Source: Polyangiaceae bacterium
GTDB lineage: Bacteria > Myxococcota_A > Polyangia > Polyangiales > Polyangiaceae
DNA: 64,000 nucleotides
Assembly (NCBI GenBank): GCA_033763455.1
Contig: JANRKO010000023.1
Span: forward strand, 64,001 to 128,000
Direction of reading: 5' to 3'
How positions within the stretch are numbered: the first letter of the stretch is position 1; every line of letters begins with the position of its first letter. Shown here in pieces: positions 48,730-58,779 of this stretch. The position numbers and the translations under genes were made by a program. Under the pieces are notes generated by a model. That model was not told the DNA's origin. It saw only the letters and a program-made list of their open reading frames with translations, and did not search any database.

Positions 48730-49746
48730 ATGGCGGACAAGCAGCACCCAGCTCGCTATGATAAATCAGTGTTGTCCTTGCTTGAAAAACGCTCGTTCGC
48801 GCTCCTCGGCTTCGGCCTCGGCTCAGCCGCAAGCGCATGCTCGTTGCTCGCGCCAACCGACTCAGAGCTGATGGGCGGACGGACGGCAATTGCAGTCGTA
48901 GCCAACGGTGGTGCGGGAACGGGCGGCGCCGAAATGACCGGTGCGGGCACAGGTGGCACGGAGATCGGCGGTACGGCAAGCGGTGGCATGAGTGGTGTGG
49001 GTACAGGTGGCACGGCCGAGGAGCCTGACCCGGATCCCGCCCCTAAAAGCCCAGCTCTCGAATATCTATCACTGTGGTTGAGAGCGGACGAAGGGCTCAG
49101 CACAACCTCCGTTAGGGTAAGCTCATGGGGTTCTCCAATGACCGACGCGTCCCCCGCTTACGCCTTGACGCCGGAAACGGTCGAGCGCGCGCCGAGCCTC
49201 GGCCCGATCATGCTCGGCGGGTATGCCCTGCCAACATTCGACGGCATGGATGATGGACTCCAAAACGCTGCTAGCCACGATTTTACCAGTTCGAACGGCT
49301 ACGCGTTCTTTGTCGTCCTCGTACCCAACAGCGGAGACGCAGACGGGGAGCTCCTTTCCATTGGCGGGCCGCTCGGAGTACGGCTGGGCCTCTGGAAGCT
49401 TGGTCAAGCACTCGGTTTCGGCACCACAGATGCTGACAGCCCAAGGCTTGTTACCGAAGGCGTCTTCACAGGGGACGACCCCATCATGATCGGCGTCGTC
49501 AGCTCCCGCCCCCCCGACGGCGAATTGATGGTTTCGACGTACGTCAATGGCACGGCCCGCGTGAGCGGTGCAAGCCCCGCTTGGGATCCGGAGCGTGAGC
49601 TATCCTTCACTCTCGGTTCATTTGAAGGAGATGCGGGGCTCGGCGGCGGCGTCGCCGAAGTCCTGATCTACAACGACACCATGGACGACGCCGCACGTTT
49701 TGGGACTGAAGCGTATTTGCGAGCGAAGTGGGGTTGCTGCAAATGA
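48730..49746 (+). CDS. lipoprotein with Gly/Thr linker and LamG/concanavalin-like domain
   Basis: Lipobox ASAC; GTGG repeats; LSLWLRAD...GGVAEVLIYN...EAYLRAKWG. Start uncertain (alt GTG 48769). Confidence 0.65.
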   Translation: MADKQHPARYDKSVLSLLEKRSFALLGFGLGSAASACSLLAPTDSELMGGRTAIAVVANGGAGTGGAEMTGAGTGGTEIGGTASGGMSGVGTGGTAEEPDPDPAPKSPALEYLSLWLRADEGLSTTSVRVSSWGSPMTDASPAYALTPETVERAPSLGPIMLGGYALPTFDGMDDGLQNAASHDFTSSNGYAFFVVLVPNSGDADGELLSIGGPLGVRLGLWKLGQALGFGTTDADSPRLVTEGVFTGDDPIMIGVVSSRPPDGELMVSTYVNGTARVSGASPAWDPERELSFTLGSFEGDAGLGGGVAEVLIYNDTMDDAARFGTEAYLRAKWGCCK

Positions 49747-51245
49747 GCGATAATCAGATGCCGCGAGACGTCGGGCGTTACCGTTTATATGACGAAATCG
49801 CGGCAGGCGGCATGGCCACTGTGCATGTGGGGCGGCTGCGCGGTCCAGCAGGATTCGCCCGGACGGTTGCGATCAAACGCCTACATCCGCAGTTTGCTCA
49901 CGATCCGGAATTCGTTTCGATGTTTCTGGATGAGGCCCGGTTAGCGGCGCGCATTCACCACCCCAACGTGGCAGCAATTCTGGACGTAGTGGCCCTCCGC
50001 GGGGAGCTATTTCTGGTGATGGAGTACGTGCGTGGGGAAACCCTTTCGCGCCTGCTTCCCGCTTGTGAGCGAGCCGGAATCACCATCCCGTTTCGCATCG
50101 CTGCCACGATCATGCAACAGGCGCTCTTGGGGCTCCACGCTGCACACGAGGCGCGCGATCACCGCGGCACCGCGCTCAATATGGTGCACCGTGACGTTTC
50201 CCCTCAAAATATCATGGTGGGCGCCGACGGCATCACGCGCATGCTCGACTTCGGCGTGGCCAAAGCAGCCACGCGCTTGCAAACGACAGGCCACGGGCAG
50301 GTTAAGGGCAAGCTCTCTTACATGGCGCCAGAGCAACTGCGGCTGGAGCCTATTGACCGGCGTACTGACTTATTCGCGGCAGGCGTAGTGCTCTGGGAAG
50401 TGTTAACCGGAAGGCGCCTTTTCGCTGCCGACGATCCGGGAGCGGTGATTGCTCGGATATTGACGCACACCGCTGAAGCCCCCAGCCGGCTGGTGCCTGG
50501 TATCCCTCCAGAGCTCGACGCCGTGGTCGCCCGAGCACTCAAGAGGCAACGAACGGATCGGTTCGCGAGTGCGCTCGAATTCGCGCGCGAGTTAGAACGA
50601 GCCGTGGCCCCCGTTGGTGCCTTGGAGGTGTCCGAGTGGGTGTGCGCCGTCGCAGGCCCCGTGCTCGAAGCCAGGGAGCGCACCGTTGCAGCCGTAGAGA
50701 TCGCCTCAGAATCCACCCCAAGCGAGAGCTTGCGCGGCGAGGAAACAACCTCGCCTCCGATCGGCGCCTACATTCCGGACCCCAACGACGAAGTGACGGT
50801 CGGGGTGCAGCCCGAGGTCTTGCTTGCGAACCTTCCGAAACGAAAAGACCGTCGCCTGGTCTGGGGCCTTGCGGCTGCCGCACTCTTCGCTGCGATCTTG
50901 ATTCTAATGTTACAGGCTTGGCCGTCTTCTGAGCCCGCCGTGGCAACCACCTCTCCAGTAACCGGCAGCCCTGAGCCCATCCCTCCAGCCGAACCTCCAG
51001 CCCCCGTAGCTAGCGCCGTTCCCCCCGAACCGTCAGCCGAGCCGGCGGCGGCCCTGCCAGCGGACAGCGCGACCCAGGAAGTTCCCGCGATTGCGCCCAG
51101 TGCCCCTGCAACCCCCTCGCGTCGCGCAAAGCGCAGCTCCAACGCTTCATCGACACGAAGCTCCGGGGTAAGCTCTAAATGTAATCCGCCCTATGAGGTC
51201 ACCCCTCAAGGCCTGAAGAGGTACAAGCCTGAGTGTTTTCGGTGA
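49743..51245 (+). CDS. Ser/Thr protein kinase (Hanks type), single TM
   Basis: AAGGMATV, VAIK, HRDVSPQN, DFG, GKLSYMAPEQ; C-terminal CNPPY...RYKPECF; ATGA overlap. Confidence 0.95.
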   Translation: MSDNQMPRDVGRYRLYDEIAAGGMATVHVGRLRGPAGFARTVAIKRLHPQFAHDPEFVSMFLDEARLAARIHHPNVAAILDVVALRGELFLVMEYVRGETLSRLLPACERAGITIPFRIAATIMQQALLGLHAAHEARDHRGTALNMVHRDVSPQNIMVGADGITRMLDFGVAKAATRLQTTGHGQVKGKLSYMAPEQLRLEPIDRRTDLFAAGVVLWEVLTGRRLFAADDPGAVIARILTHTAEAPSRLVPGIPPELDAVVARALKRQRTDRFASALEFARELERAVAPVGALEVSEWVCAVAGPVLEARERTVAAVEIASESTPSESLRGEETTSPPIGAYIPDPNDEVTVGVQPEVLLANLPKRKDRRLVWGLAAAALFAAILILMLQAWPSSEPAVATTSPVTGSPEPIPPAEPPAPVASAVPPEPSAEPAAALPADSATQEVPAIAPSAPATPSRRAKRSSNASSTRSSGVSSKCNPPYEVTPQGLKRYKPECFR

Positions 51246-52099
51246 AGCAGTTCTTGTTGGTTGGCGCGATAGCAGCAGTGTCCGTGCTGAGCCCGGACGC
51301 CCAGGCCCAGTCCATTGACGCGTGCGTATCAAGCAACGCCGATGGCCAGGTCTTGCAGAACCAAGGGCAACTTTTGGCGGCTGTTGAAAAGTTCCAAAGC
51401 TGCGCAGTGCAGGCCTGCCCAGAGGAAATCCGACGCGATTGTGGCACCGCTATGCTGGCGGCACGGGCAATCGTACCAAGTGTGGTCATCGCTGTGCGGA
51501 GGGGGGACGAAGATGTGATGGACGCGCTCGTCCTAATCGACAACTCTCGCAATCCCGTACGCCTAGATGGGCGCCCGATCGAATTGGATCCGGGTCCGCA
51601 CGTAATCCGAGTGCACCATGGAGACAAAGATGCGATCGAACGTCAGCTCGTCCTGCGCCAGGGTGAGCGCAATCGGCTTGTCAGCATAGAGCTCCCCATC
51701 AGGACGCGGCCCACGCCAGTAGCCCCCACCCGGCCCGCCCCGCCGTCACAGCCGGAACACCCGAGCCCTCTGCCCTCACGACGGCCTCCCACAGCAACCC
51801 TCATCGCTGGCGGGGTTGGGGTGGTGGGTGCGGGCCTTTTCGGAGCGTTTGCATGGGCTGGAAAAGTGCAGGAAGCCGAGCTTGAGCGTTGCCGTCCCGC
51901 GTGTGAGAGTTCATCTGTCCACGTTATGCGGCAGCGCTATTTGATCGCCGATGTATCCTTAGGAGTCTCAGTGCTGAGCTTTGCAACGGCCGCATGGTTT
52001 TGGTGGGCACCAGAAGAACCATCCGCACCCCGCGTTGGGGCAATGCTCGGGTTAGACAAAAACGGAACGTTAGGAGTGTCAGCTCTTGGAAGATTCTAA
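51233..52099 (+). CDS. secreted PEGA-like domain protein
   Basis: Signal peptide; C...GQ...CA..ACP..IRRDC helical domain; IELDPGPHVIRV PEGA-like; C-terminal hydrophobic segments. Confidence 0.65.
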   Translation: MFSVKQFLLVGAIAAVSVLSPDAQAQSIDACVSSNADGQVLQNQGQLLAAVEKFQSCAVQACPEEIRRDCGTAMLAARAIVPSVVIAVRRGDEDVMDALVLIDNSRNPVRLDGRPIELDPGPHVIRVHHGDKDAIERQLVLRQGERNRLVSIELPIRTRPTPVAPTRPAPPSQPEHPSPLPSRRPPTATLIAGGVGVVGAGLFGAFAWAGKVQEAELERCRPACESSSVHVMRQRYLIADVSLGVSVLSFATAAWFWWAPEEPSAPRVGAMLGLDKNGTLGVSALGRF

Positions 52100-53414
52100 A
52101 GCCCCCGGGCGTGAAGGCGTGATGCAACCGCGAACGAACGAAGGGACTGTAAAAAGTATCTTCGGCGTTACCATTACAGGCGGCGTCCTGCGCGGGCCAC
52201 ATGGCGAAGTCTTTCGCGTGACTTTGGCTCCAGCGATCCTCGGTCGCAACGCTAGTTGCACATTCTTGCTCAAAGATGCCGAAGTAAGCTCAACCCATTG
52301 CGAGCTTCGGGCAACGCCGAGCGGCGTGCAACTTGTGGATCTTGATAGCAGCAACGGTACCTTCGTGAACGGCGTCCGGATGAAGGAAGCACTCCTCGAC
52401 GCGCCTTGCACCGTGCGCGTCGGCCGCACCAACCTCACGTTCGAGCCGCTCGCCAGCGAAGAGGTTGATCTCGGGGCAGATCTATCATTTGGCCCGCTTT
52501 CTGGCGTCTCCCCCTCTATGCGCCAGCTCTTCCGCGTGCTGCGGGACGTCGCTGGCACGCAACTTTCGGTGCTGATCACTGGAGAAACGGGTACCGGAAA
52601 AGAGCTCACGGCTCGAGCGCTGCACGACGCCAGCCGCCGTGCGGACAAGCCGTTTGTGGTGATCGATTGCGGTGCCCTTCCACCGAGCTCCGCCGAAGGT
52701 GCGCTGTTTGGTTACGAAGGTGGGGGTGTCGATGGTACAGAGAGGCGCCCGGGGGCGTTCCACGAAGCTGATGGGGGCACGGTATTCTTGGATGAGTTGG
52801 GAGAGCTCCCTACTGATTTGCAGCCCAAGCTCCTTCGGGTGCTTGCCGATGGTCAGGTCATGCGGGTGGGAGCTACCAAGTATGAACAAATCGACGTGCG
52901 AGTGCTTTCTGCAACACGTCGTGATTTGCCGCGGATGGCTAACGCAGGAACTTTTCGAAGCGACCTCTACTTTCGCCTGGCTCAAGTACGGGTTGAGCTC
53001 TCGCCACTACGCACACGACGCGAAGATATCCCGTTGATTGTTCAGGCTTATTGTGAACGCTCGGGCCACTCCGATCGCGCCTCACAGGTTATCGATTTCA
53101 TCACGCACGCCACGGCGACTCACGATTGGCCTGGAAACGTTCGCGAGCTTCTGAATGTGGCCACCGTGGTGGCGAGCCTCCCTCCCGGGTCCGACGTGAG
53201 CTTGGCGGCACTCCCCACCGAGGGCCGCGGAGATCAGCCTTCCCTCACAACGGCCTACGGAGAAGCCAAGCGGCGTGCCCTTGAGGAATTTGAGCGTCGG
53301 TTCTTTACCGATCTCCAAGGCGCCTGCGACGGAAACATCAGCGAGATGACACGAAGGAGCGGCCTTGCCCGTCACCACGTGCGCAACTACCTCCGCCGCT
53401 ACAGCCTAGTGTAG
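52086..53414 (+). CDS. FHA-domain sigma54-interaction (NtrC-like) activator with degenerate GAFTGA loop
   Basis: FHA (LGR...VSSTH...DLDSSNGT), Walker A GETGTGKE, VFLDE, FRSDLYFRL, WPGNVREL, C-terminal HTH. Confidence 0.9.
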   Translation: MEDSKAPGREGVMQPRTNEGTVKSIFGVTITGGVLRGPHGEVFRVTLAPAILGRNASCTFLLKDAEVSSTHCELRATPSGVQLVDLDSSNGTFVNGVRMKEALLDAPCTVRVGRTNLTFEPLASEEVDLGADLSFGPLSGVSPSMRQLFRVLRDVAGTQLSVLITGETGTGKELTARALHDASRRADKPFVVIDCGALPPSSAEGALFGYEGGGVDGTERRPGAFHEADGGTVFLDELGELPTDLQPKLLRVLADGQVMRVGATKYEQIDVRVLSATRRDLPRMANAGTFRSDLYFRLAQVRVELSPLRTRREDIPLIVQAYCERSGHSDRASQVIDFITHATATHDWPGNVRELLNVATVVASLPPGSDVSLAALPTEGRGDQPSLTTAYGEAKRRALEEFERRFFTDLQGACDGNISEMTRRSGLARHHVRNYLRRYSLV

Positions 53415-53475
53415 CGCAGGCCCGCGACGGGCCCACGGCTACAGCACGGCACGACCCGCCGTTGACCTGAGAAGC

Positions 53476-54246
53476 TCAGATCGCCACGAACCCGCCGTCC
53501 ACCATCAAGGAGCTCGCCGTGATGTAGGACGCGGCGTCGGAAGCAAGGAAGGCAACGGCTTCACCGACTTCATGCGGTTCGCCGATACGATTCAGCATGA
53601 TCTTTTGGCCTTCCATCTTTTCAAATTCGTCACGCGGGTAGCCCAGGCGCTCCACCTCCGACACCAGAGCGGGGGTCCAAATCGGGCCCGGGCACACTGA
53701 ATTCACGCGAATTTTGAACTCAGCGAGGTCCCACGCCATGCTTCGCGTCATCTGTACAATAGCGGCCTTAGTGGCAGCGTACGTCATGAGACCCTTCTGC
53801 GCGATAAAGCTAGATATCGAGCCGATGTTCACAATGGCGCCCGCGCCTTTTTTCTTCATCTGTTCGACTCCGTAACGCGAACAGAGGGAGGTGCCGATGA
53901 GGTTCACATCGGTAAGCCGACGCCATTCTTCCGGCGTGGCTTCGAGCCCCTTCATGATGAATATGGCAGCGTTGTTAACCAGGACGTCCGTGTCTCCGAA
54001 GGCCGACTGTGCCCGAGCAAACGCGGTCTTCACTGAACTTTCGTTGGAGATATCCACGCCAATCGCCAACGCTGCCCCGCCGCGTTTCTCGATTTCAAGG
54101 GCGGTGGCTTTAGCCGCTTCTTCATTCACGTCGAGCACGGCAACCCGAGCTCCTTCGCGAGCGAAGATCTCCGCACTCGCCCTACCGATGCCGCCGCCCG
54201 CGCCCGTAACAATCGCAACTTTTCCCTGAAAACGTGTGTTAGCCAT
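53476..54246 (-). CDS. short-chain dehydrogenase/reductase
   Basis: TGAGGGIG, NNAA, YAATK, IRVNSVCPG, VDGG. Confidence 0.92.
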   Translation of the reverse strand: MANTRFQGKVAIVTGAGGGIGRASAEIFAREGARVAVLDVNEEAAKATALEIEKRGGAALAIGVDISNESSVKTAFARAQSAFGDTDVLVNNAAIFIMKGLEATPEEWRRLTDVNLIGTSLCSRYGVEQMKKKGAGAIVNIGSISSFIAQKGLMTYAATKAAIVQMTRSMAWDLAEFKIRVNSVCPGPIWTPALVSEVERLGYPRDEFEKMEGQKIMLNRIGEPHEVGEAVAFLASDAASYITASSLMVDGGFVAI

Positions 54247-54601
54247 GGAGCAACCGAATCCCTTCGTGAGTGGCGATGCCACTCTGTCGCCAACCGTCAT
54301 ATCCCCTTAGGCGCTGTGCTGACAAGCTGGCCTGGAAGCTGCCCAGCTCGGCCTCAAGCTTGAGCCTGACGCAAGTAGATGGTGCGCATACATCGAGAAC
54401 GTCTTCGGTTCTGCCTCACAGACGCGCACCTCCGGGCCCCGACATGGCCCCGCTCACGCGCAGGAAGACCAAAGGCACGTGGATCCCCTGCTCGAATGTC
54501 AGATACTTGTCATGACAAGTATCTGCCGCGGCTCCGAGCACCTCGCTAAGATCGCCCGCAACCCCGAGCCGCGTTCGAGCCGTACTTGCTGCGCTGCCGC
54601 A

Positions 54602-57187
54602 TCACGCCGGAACGAGCGCCCCTTGCCAGACGTTTTCGCTGATACTTGCGTTGGTCCCTGCCGCGAGTTTCCAACCAGCAGGAGCCGTGAGCTTTGCCCG
54701 AGCACCCACGGGAAGCCGCACATGAACAACCACCTCTGTGCCTTGCTTCAGCCACTCTACCGATAACTCACCGCGAATGGTCTTCAGCGTAGCTTTGGCC
54801 GTATCGAGGCCTGGCACCGGGTGCGGGCGCACCACAAAAGCGTCCCCGGGTTCGGCACTCGGATCGTCCAAGATCCCCACTAGGCGCGAGTAAAACCAAG
54901 CGTCTACAGCGCCCAACATACAGTGATTGTGGGAATTCATGCCGCCGCCAGTTTCATTTTCCCAGCGCTCCCACATGGTGGTGGCGCCGTTCTCGAGCAT
55001 ATAGCCCCAAGAAGGATATTCTTTGCGCTGCACCAAAGCCCACGCAAGATCTGCTCGACCGAGATCCGTCAAGACTTCCAACAAATACTTGGTGCACACG
55101 TTACCCGTCGTGAGATGCCCGCGGGCTTCAACGTCTGCGGTCAAACGCTGAAACACGCCTGGGCGGTGCTGTTCCGGCACCAAATCCATCCAGAGCGCGA
55201 GGGCGTTGCAGGCCTGCACGTTTTCGCCAAACGTGTGGGTGGACTCGTTGAAGTACTTCGCCTGAAGCGCATGGGTGAAGCGCTCGGCTTCGAGCGCGTA
55301 GACGTCAGCTTCGCCAACTTTGCCGAGCTCCCGAGCAATTTTTTCGAGCAAACGTGTGATGAAAATCAGATGCGCCGTCGAGATGAGCCCGCCAGGCGTG
55401 CCTGCGGAGAGACACGGGCTACCGGTTCCCACAATTGTGGGGAGGGCTGCCATGGAAAACGCGCGTGGTGGACACCAATCCCCATACCAAGAAGACTCCA
55501 GAATGCCGCCTTCAGATTCATTGGCAAGGCAACGCTGCCAACCCACCATCATCGACCAATATTCGTTCAAAATGTTGCGATCGCCGTAGTGGCGCCACAT
55601 GAGGTATGGGTACCAAACGGGGCACACACACACTGGATCGGCTCGTTTTTTCCCCCAATGCCAGGGCACTGTGTCGGGGATGGCACCGGTTACCGGATCC
55701 TGCACGCTGGCAAAATCTCGCAGCCACTTGGCCAAAAAGCGCACAGCCTGAAAGTTATGCACTAGTTGCTCGGCACGAGCGGTCTGATCGTTCAGCCAAC
55801 CTTGGCGCTCGGAACGCTGTGGACAGTCGGTGAGTACGCCAAGCTCATTCGATTTTTCGGTACGAACGATCATCTGGTGGATGGCGTTGGCCATGTCGTT
55901 GCTGGAGGTAAACACTCCACGTTCTGGAATATCGTTGCGCACTCTGCAGACAGTGAGAGCTTCCGGGCCGGCATTTCCAAGGCCTTCTACCTCGATGTAA
56001 CGAAAGCCATGATAGGTGAAGCGGGGCTCCCACACCTCTTGTCCGCCGCCCCGAGCGATGTACACATCCGCACAACGAGCCGCATAAAGATTATCCTGAT
56101 TTACGCTGCCATCTTCTTTGCGCGTTTCGCCGAACCTGAGCGTTACCTTGTGGCCTTCTGGCACGTTCAGCTTGAGACGACAATAACCGGTCATGTTGGT
56201 GCCGGCGTCGAACACATCGGCGCCATTCGGTAGGGTTAGCAGCTTTTTTGGGGTGCTTTCTTCCACCACGCGCATCGGTTCACCCAGATCGGGCACGAGC
56301 CTGCCTCCGGGCCCCGGCACGCGGTACACCATAGTCCAATAGTCTTCGCGATTCCCAAACGGTGCTTTCCAGTCCGCCGCCGGCACGCTCCAGCGCTTCA
56401 GCTCCAGCCGAGCATCGTGGTCTTCTCCGCGAAATAGGCCATCCGTCGTCGCCGAGGCGCGCACAGCAAACGTGGACATATCCCAGTGCGAAGGTGTGGT
56501 GATGCGGCTGCCATCAACACACTCGACCTCTAGCCGAAGCTTGAGAATAGGCCGGCCATACCAACCGTGGCCCACCACCACGGAAAGCACCGTTTCCGGC
56601 GACTCGATCAAGTGCGCGATGTCGTGGACAGTGTACGGCACGATTTGCTCAAAGTCCGTGGGGGGAGGATCGAGAACGCGATCCGAGATAGGGTTCCCGT
56701 TTAAGTACGCTCGGTAGAGGCCCAGACCTGCAATGTAGAGTCGCGCGCGGCGCACCTTAGCTTTGGGCTGGAAGGCATGACGGAAGAACAAGGCACGCCC
56801 AGGCCAGATCCCAGGAGCGCCCACCCAATCCGCCTCCCACTCAGCTTCGCTCAGGAGCCCCATCTCGAAGGTGGCAGCTGACGAGACCGACTCAACCCCT
56901 GCGGCATCTTTGACGTGAACCTGCCACCAACACTCCTCCCGGCTCACCAAAGCGCTTCCGCCGTACGTTACATGCGTGGTTCGGTTGGAAACAACCCAAC
57001 CGCTATCCCATTTGTCTGAAGCGCCACTTTCCAGAAGCTGTGCCGAAGATGCCACACGTACGCGGTAAGCGACCTGCGGCGCACCCACACACCAGGCAAA
57101 GCGAGGCGCTTGGGTGTGGAGGCCAAGAGGGTTCGTGGTGTACTCACAGGTGAGGTCAAACGGGGTTGACGAGGTCTGAGACGGCAT
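54602..57187 (-). CDS. glycoside hydrolase family 78 (alpha-L-rhamnosidase-like)
   Basis: WDSG, AGLGLY, PRFTYHGFRY, TDCPQRSERQGWLND, YGDW, GATTMWERWE, MNSHNH. Confidence 0.9.
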   Translation of the reverse strand: MPSQTSSTPFDLTCEYTTNPLGLHTQAPRFAWCVGAPQVAYRVRVASSAQLLESGASDKWDSGWVVSNRTTHVTYGGSALVSREECWWQVHVKDAAGVESVSSAATFEMGLLSEAEWEADWVGAPGIWPGRALFFRHAFQPKAKVRRARLYIAGLGLYRAYLNGNPISDRVLDPPPTDFEQIVPYTVHDIAHLIESPETVLSVVVGHGWYGRPILKLRLEVECVDGSRITTPSHWDMSTFAVRASATTDGLFRGEDHDARLELKRWSVPAADWKAPFGNREDYWTMVYRVPGPGGRLVPDLGEPMRVVEESTPKKLLTLPNGADVFDAGTNMTGYCRLKLNVPEGHKVTLRFGETRKEDGSVNQDNLYAARCADVYIARGGGQEVWEPRFTYHGFRYIEVEGLGNAGPEALTVCRVRNDIPERGVFTSSNDMANAIHQMIVRTEKSNELGVLTDCPQRSERQGWLNDQTARAEQLVHNFQAVRFLAKWLRDFASVQDPVTGAIPDTVPWHWGKKRADPVCVCPVWYPYLMWRHYGDRNILNEYWSMMVGWQRCLANESEGGILESSWYGDWCPPRAFSMAALPTIVGTGSPCLSAGTPGGLISTAHLIFITRLLEKIARELGKVGEADVYALEAERFTHALQAKYFNESTHTFGENVQACNALALWMDLVPEQHRPGVFQRLTADVEARGHLTTGNVCTKYLLEVLTDLGRADLAWALVQRKEYPSWGYMLENGATTMWERWENETGGGMNSHNHCMLGAVDAWFYSRLVGILDDPSAEPGDAFVVRPHPVPGLDTAKATLKTIRGELSVEWLKQGTEVVVHVRLPVGARAKLTAPAGWKLAAGTNASISENVWQGALVPA

Positions 57188-57402
57188 GGTGCCGCCTGAT
57201 ACCACAGGCCACGCGCCTTGGGCTGCCCTGTAATTCGACGCGTGCTGGTTGCCTGAGCGGGGCGCATGGAGATCGAGAACCAGCCCACACGGCGAGCTGC
57301 CCCATCTCATTTTGTGCTATTTCTGGCCTCGAAATTCGGCCTTCCAGAACTCTCCAACCGGTCTGTGCATCAGGGGTCTGGGCAACGCCCGCGGGGTCCG
57401 AT

Positions 57403-58662
57403 ATGTCGGCAGCCATGAACGCTCTTCCGACCTCCGAAACGCGCACGAGCTTTCCGAAGAACAAGATCAAGGTCCTGCTCCTGGAGAACATTCATCCTAG
57501 CGCCCAAGCGCTCATTGAAGGCGATGGCCTGGAATGCGAGATGCGGAGCGCCGCGCTCGGAGAAGCGGAACTCATCGAAGCGCTGAATGACGTGCACATC
57601 CTCGGGATCCGCAGCAAGACTCAGGTGAGCAAGAAGGCTCTTGAGAGCGCTCGCCGCTTGCTCGCTGTCGGCTGTTTTTGCATTGGAACGAACCAGGTGG
57701 ATCTTGAGGCCGCCAAGCGACGCGGTATCGCGGTCTTCAACGCACCCTTTAGCAATACGCGCAGCGTCGCAGAGCTTGTGATGGGGGAGGTAATAGCTCT
57801 TTCCCGTCGGCTCGGCGACCGTTCGGGTGAGATGCACGCAGGGAAATGGAACAAGACCGCTAGCGGCTCCTTCGAGGTACGCGGCAAGACAATTGGCATT
57901 GTTGGGTATGGGCACATTGGCCGCCAAGTTGGTGTGTTGGCGGAAACGTTCGGGTTGAGCGTATTGTTTTACGACATCTCGCAGCAGCTCCCGATGGGTA
58001 ACAACCGCACTGTCGGTACACTCGACGAACTGCTCGAAAAGTCGGACTTTGTGACCCTCCACGTGCCGGCCACGCCGCTCACCAAAATGATGATAGGGCC
58101 CGAGCAGATCGCTAAGATGAAACGCGGCGCATGCCTCCTCAACCTGAGCCGGGGCAGTGTGGTTCAGATCGACGCGCTGGCGGCAGGCTTGCGTTCGAAA
58201 CACTTGGCGGGTGCCGCGATCGACGTATTTCCCGTAGAGCCAAAGAGCAATAACGATCCCTTTGAGTCCGAATTGCGCGGGTTGCCTAATGTCATCCTGA
58301 CGCCCCACGTCGGCGGCTCAACCCAAGAGGCACAGGAAGCGATTGGGCGCGAAGTGGCCAACGCTCTGTTGCGCTACCTCAACGAAGGGTCCACAGCCTC
58401 GGCGGTAAACATTCCCCAGGTAGAGCCGCCTCCGCTCTCGGGGAGACACCGCATCTTGAATCTGCACGCCAATGTCCCGGGCGTTCTTAGCAAGATCAAC
58501 AGTATTGTGGGTCAGACCAAGGCCAACGTGGAAAGCCAGATCCTGCAAACCGATCCCGACGTGGGGTATTTGGTGATGGACCTGAACCAAAGCGTTTCAG
58601 ACGAGGTGAAGGACCAAGTGGCGGCTCTCGACGCGAACATACGCACGCGCATCCTCTACTAG
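57403..58662 (+). CDS. serA: D-3-phosphoglycerate dehydrogenase (with ACT domain)
   Basis: LLLENIH, GIRSKT, FCIGTNQVD, NAPFSNTRSVAE, GYGHIG, TPHVGGSTQEAQ, HANVPGVL. Confidence 0.95.
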   Translation: MSAAMNALPTSETRTSFPKNKIKVLLLENIHPSAQALIEGDGLECEMRSAALGEAELIEALNDVHILGIRSKTQVSKKALESARRLLAVGCFCIGTNQVDLEAAKRRGIAVFNAPFSNTRSVAELVMGEVIALSRRLGDRSGEMHAGKWNKTASGSFEVRGKTIGIVGYGHIGRQVGVLAETFGLSVLFYDISQQLPMGNNRTVGTLDELLEKSDFVTLHVPATPLTKMMIGPEQIAKMKRGACLLNLSRGSVVQIDALAAGLRSKHLAGAAIDVFPVEPKSNNDPFESELRGLPNVILTPHVGGSTQEAQEAIGREVANALLRYLNEGSTASAVNIPQVEPPPLSGRHRILNLHANVPGVLSKINSIVGQTKANVESQILQTDPDVGYLVMDLNQSVSDEVKDQVAALDANIRTRILY

Positions 58663-58779
58663 AACGCTGCGTGGGGGCGCCCTTGGCACTCTCGATGCGA
58701 GGATCGCCTACGCCTTTTGCCGTGTGCGCCAGGGGCGAACGGCCCCTTCAAGAGAGCACTGCCAAGCTGCGCTCCTAAC

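Noticed and set aside
54247..54601. Short ORFs or ncRNA in the gap between SDR and GH78
   Set aside because: No recognisable motif, RBS or convincing structure.
57370..58308. 312-aa - strand ORF (also 48050..48979, 5713..6462, 14043..14813)
   Set aside because: Antisense shadows of well-supported genes, typical of high-GC DNA.
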